Shown piece after piece: positions 60,701 to 64,000 of a stretch of DNA of 64,000 nucleotides. Position 1 is the stretch's first letter. Each line of letters opens with the position of its first letter. The notes under the pieces were generated by a model. It was not told the DNA's origin. It worked only from the letters and a program-made list of their open reading frames with translations, and searched no databases. Position numbers and translations under genes: made by a program. The stretch comes from Monocercomonoides exilis PA203 (Eukaryota; Protista; Preaxostyla): contig LSRY02000045.1 in assembly GCA_001643675.2 (NCBI GenBank), forward strand, positions 744,001 to 808,000. Direction: 5' to 3'.

Positions 60701-62123
60701 AGAAGAAGATCAAGATGTTTTTGGGGAGTTTGAGGGGCTGCAGTCGGAGAAGGGGGAGGCGGACGCGTCAGTGTTTCTGGGGTTTCTGCTGAACTACTAC
60801 CGGGCGGAGGCAGCGAAGCGGAAGGAGGCGATGAAGGCGCTGTATGATGCGATATGCAGTGGCGATTCATCGACTTCATCATCATCAGCATCAACAACAT
60901 CATCATCGTCATCGCCAGGGGCAGTGTGCAGAGGAATCACGTACTCGGAGCTGGAGTCTCTTCTGTGTGTGTGCTATCCGCAGACGCCGCAGGCGCTGTC
61001 GCTGCGGATCTTCCGGGATGCATACCGGCTGTCGGGCTGCTGTCTGCCGTCGTTTGCGTCTGTGCTGGAGGCGTGCCAGCGCAACGACTTCTTCACGCTG
61101 TGCCTGCGGCTGCCGGATGTGTGCGACGCAGCCGACCGGCGGGCGCCTCTGACGGCGTCTGAGAACAGCGCAGTTGTGAAGACGGTGAGCCGGCACCTGG
61201 CGCTGCTGAAGCCGGCGCTGGACGATCGGGTGCGGGTGCTTTCGGGGGTGTCGGCGGGGGCGTCTGGAGGGGTGCTGGCAGGGGCAGGGCTGAAGCGGCG
61301 GGTGGAGGCGGTGCAGTCGGCGGTGGGGAAGAAAGAAGGGCGGCGGGCGCTGTTCCGGATGGCGCGGCTGCTGGTGGAGCTGGTGCTGCTGCAGCTGGGG
61401 AGGAACGAGGTGGAAGGGGCGATCTGCTTTGGGCTGCCGCTGGGGGACGGGCAGCGTGTGGTGCAGTTCCACGAGGCGATGGCGTGGCAGAGGGAGGGCG
61501 AAGGAGGCGATGCCTTGCCTTCATCATCATCTTCTTCCTCCTCTTCTTCATCAGCACAGCACAAACAGGTTCCGAGCGAGAAAGAGATGGCGATCAACAA
61601 CATGCTGCTGTCCTTTGAGTGTGCATTGGGTGTGATCGATCCTTCGATTTCGCCGCCCACATCGTCAGCAGCGTTGTCATCCTCCTCCTCGTCGTCTTCT
61701 TTTTCTTCCTCCTCTTCCTCCTCTTCCTTCTCTTCGTCTTCTTTTTCTTCTTCGTCTGCTGGTGCAATGAGCGGGCCGCTCTATCCTTCGCTTGGTCCGC
61801 CGTTCACACCGACGCTTGCCGCAGTTCTGCCTTCTTTGGGGCTGTTCAACCCGCTTCTGAGGTATTCGATTGTGTCAGCGTCGGCGATCGATCTGCGGGC
61901 GATTGGGGCGAATGCGATTGGGATGGACGGGGAGGAGGCCGAGCGAAGGGACAAGGAAAAGGAGGGGGCTGGAGATGGGCGAGGAGAGCGGGAGGCAGGG
62001 GAGGCAGCAGGGCACAGCGCAGATGGCAAGGCAGGAGCAGACGCAGCGAGCGCATCGAGTGCATCGAGCGCATCGAGCTCGGTGCTGGCGGGCGTGAAGA
62101 AGAAAAAGAAGAAGAAGAAATGA
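57767..62123 (+). CDS. GC-rich coiled-coil protein with axonemal-dynein-light-chain-like motif and helical C-terminal domain; two apparent frameshifts
   Basis: Exon 1 from ATG 57767 (MDYGKKLTPT...), acceptor ttttcag at 58186. DVGEMLGLRCSEEGELLHRIRVEY resembles the ELIRQV...C.ERG.LL.R.R motif of p28/AXDND1-type domains. Long E/K/Q heptads. WTLSTIRGIYGDKIAAD..FGDFVYMWL....VWLFGKF is reminiscent of TSNAXIP1-like flagellar proteins. Consistent G/C-ending codons across ORFs 58158-59465, 59320-60792 and 60771-62123. Confidence 0.65.
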
Positions 62124-62371
62124 AGATTCTCAACAACCTGCTCACTTCGCATTTCAATAAAAAGCACTTCATTTTTTTTCATCACTTTTGCCTTATTTGT
62201 TATTTTATTTCTTTGCTGTTTTATGAGTATTTATTGTGTGTGTGGCGGAAAAAGATAAAAATAAAAAAAAATAAAAAATGAATGGAAGGATAAATCTGAT
62301 GAAAAGAAAATGGGAATGGATTCTTGATTGTTTTTTGTTTTTTGCTTTTGTATTTTTGATTCCAAGATGAG

Positions 62372-63857
62372 ATGACCCGGGTCCTCCATGTTGTGAATGT
62401 GTCGAGCGGCGGTTGCGAGAAGCCGTCGGTGCTGGTCCCGTGCGAAACGGGGCAGGGGGCGTTTGTCCTTTTTTATCAGCAGTGCAATTGCGCGACGTCC
62501 TGGGCGTGGAGCCAGGAGGCGCTGCTGTTCTGCGAATCGCTGCTGGAGCGCTCGGTTGTGGACGTGGTGGTCGTGCAAGAGGAGCGTATGTGCATTTTGG
62601 ATTTGGCGATGTTTGCTTATTTCCATTTTCAGAGCATCCGCGGTGGCGGGAGCCGGAGGAGGACTTCACAGTGCGGTTTTTCGGGACGCTCAGCCGGATG
62701 CTGGAGCGGCACCAGGGGTCCGTGAGTTTTGTGGTGGAGGAAGGCAGAAAAGACAGTTTGAGCGCAATCAGTTGTGTTGGAAGAGTTTTTGATATTGTCT
62801 GGGAATGCAGGGCTTTTTCAGGTTGAGCAGGCGCAGTTCTGGTCGGAAGTGCTGGGGAAGTCGCTGATATATTTCACTGGGGAAAGCATTGTTGAAGAAG
62901 TTTGTTTTTCTGAATGAGAGTTATTTGACTGGTCTTTAAAGATTGGAAAGGAAGCGAAGCGCAGCGTTGGAGACTACTCTGCATTTCGATTTCCGTCAGC
63001 GAAGTTTCCCCTGTGTGGCCGAGGCTGTGCGTTCTGATGGCAGCCAAAGGATGCCGAATCTACACCCGCTTTTGGCTTTTGCTTGCGAGAATCGTTTGTT
63101 TTGCGAGAAAGTGATTTGGAAGGGGAGCATTAGGTCGATGCTGAGCGAGCCTGGGCTGAAGGGATACTTTCCAGCAGGTGGAGATGACAACTGTGTGCAC
63201 TGAGAATTGCGTTGTTTTGCGAATGAGCTGGAAATAATGATTTATTTATTTTATTTATTCTTTTTTTATGCCACGCAGATTATTCGCTGTGCTCCACAAA
63301 CGACGAATTCCGGCTGGTTTCGAGCGAGCGTGTTGGACTGCATGTGTTTGAGGGGATCGAGATTGTTTCGCGAGTGCCGTCTGAATGCATGTTCCATTGA
63401 GCTGGCAGCGCCGATGGTGTTTGTGCTGACACACACAAGGTATTGGGCGAGGGGTTGAAGGAAGCCCATGTTGATGTGCAACTGGGTGAAGTGAATGAGC
63501 AGATGTGGGGAAAAAAAGAAAGAAAATTATTTGTTTGTATTTTCATCAGTCTTTTTGTCAGGTTGATGATGGCTGAATTTGTTTGAATGGAATAATCACC
63601 ACATTATTATTTTTTATTTTCTTTCTTTGCATTTGTGTTGGGTGGATGTTTGCTGCAGCTGCACACATGAGCTTTGCAGGGATTGGCCTTTGGCTGGCAG
63701 CAAGCTGCTCGAAAGGTGCATTTTGAGGGAGTCGGCTGAAGAGAATGCTCCTCCAGTGTTTTTGGGCCGTTTTGCATCGGCAAGGGTGGACTTGGTGCTG
63801 GGCGAGAAGGTGAAAGGTGTGGGCGATTGGCCAACGAGCTGCTTGTTTTGTTCGTGA
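62372..63857 (+). other. Possible multi-exon hypothetical gene or gene relic
   Basis: GC-richer blocks alternate with T-rich intron-like segments ending in CAG (e.g. ~62632, ~63279, ~63561). No recognisable motif and no coherent model built. Confidence 0.3.
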
Positions 63858-64000
63858 AAGGCTTTTGTGAGTAATTTTTGGTGAGATTTTTATATCCTTA
63901 TTTTTTTATTTGTGGTAATTTTCTTTTTCTTTTTCTTCTTTTCAATGTTTGGAAATGTGCCACAGAGGATTATGTTCTGATTGTGCCGCTGTCAGCTGAG

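Overview
Eukaryotic genomic DNA: short GT-AG introns, AT-rich intergenic DNA and the standard genetic code. The gene style (giant Gly/Cys-rich single-pass receptors with tyrosine-kinase-like tails, long TCT/GAA low-complexity tracts) resembles an oxymonad such as Monocercomonoides; that assignment is inference only. Contents in order: (1) a 5'-truncated giant receptor-pseudokinase gene, 16-8817 (+); (2) a decayed DIRS-type tyrosine-recombinase retrotransposon (RT, RNase H, methyltransferase-like region, YR) with ~60-bp inverted repeats, ~11.2-15.6 kb; (3) a multi-exon USP7/UBP15-like deubiquitinase (-) head-to-head with an MPPED-type metallophosphoesterase (+); (4) a non-coding nest of fold-back DNA at 24.85-27.05 kb, including a 413-bp-arm inverted repeat flanked by TA; (5) FERM-domain, ERGIC-53/VIP36-like lectin and GH13 alpha-amylase genes (all -); (6) a 2177-aa Ser-rich/charged AT-hook protein (+); (7) a pseudogenised, intron-containing pogo-type transposase with degenerate TIRs; (8) a full-length ~3750-aa paralogue of gene 1 on the opposite strand; (9) a GC-rich coiled-coil gene with an axonemal-dynein-light-chain-like motif, split by two frameshifts at G runs. 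The strongest candidate for an undescribed system is the receptor-pseudokinase pair. The two are close to identical over kilobases but differ in short, sharply bounded patches, several at the same position in each extracellular module, and they carry diverged kinase tails. This suggests a surface-receptor family diversified by segmental recombination or positional selection. All alignments were made by eye; no searches were run.
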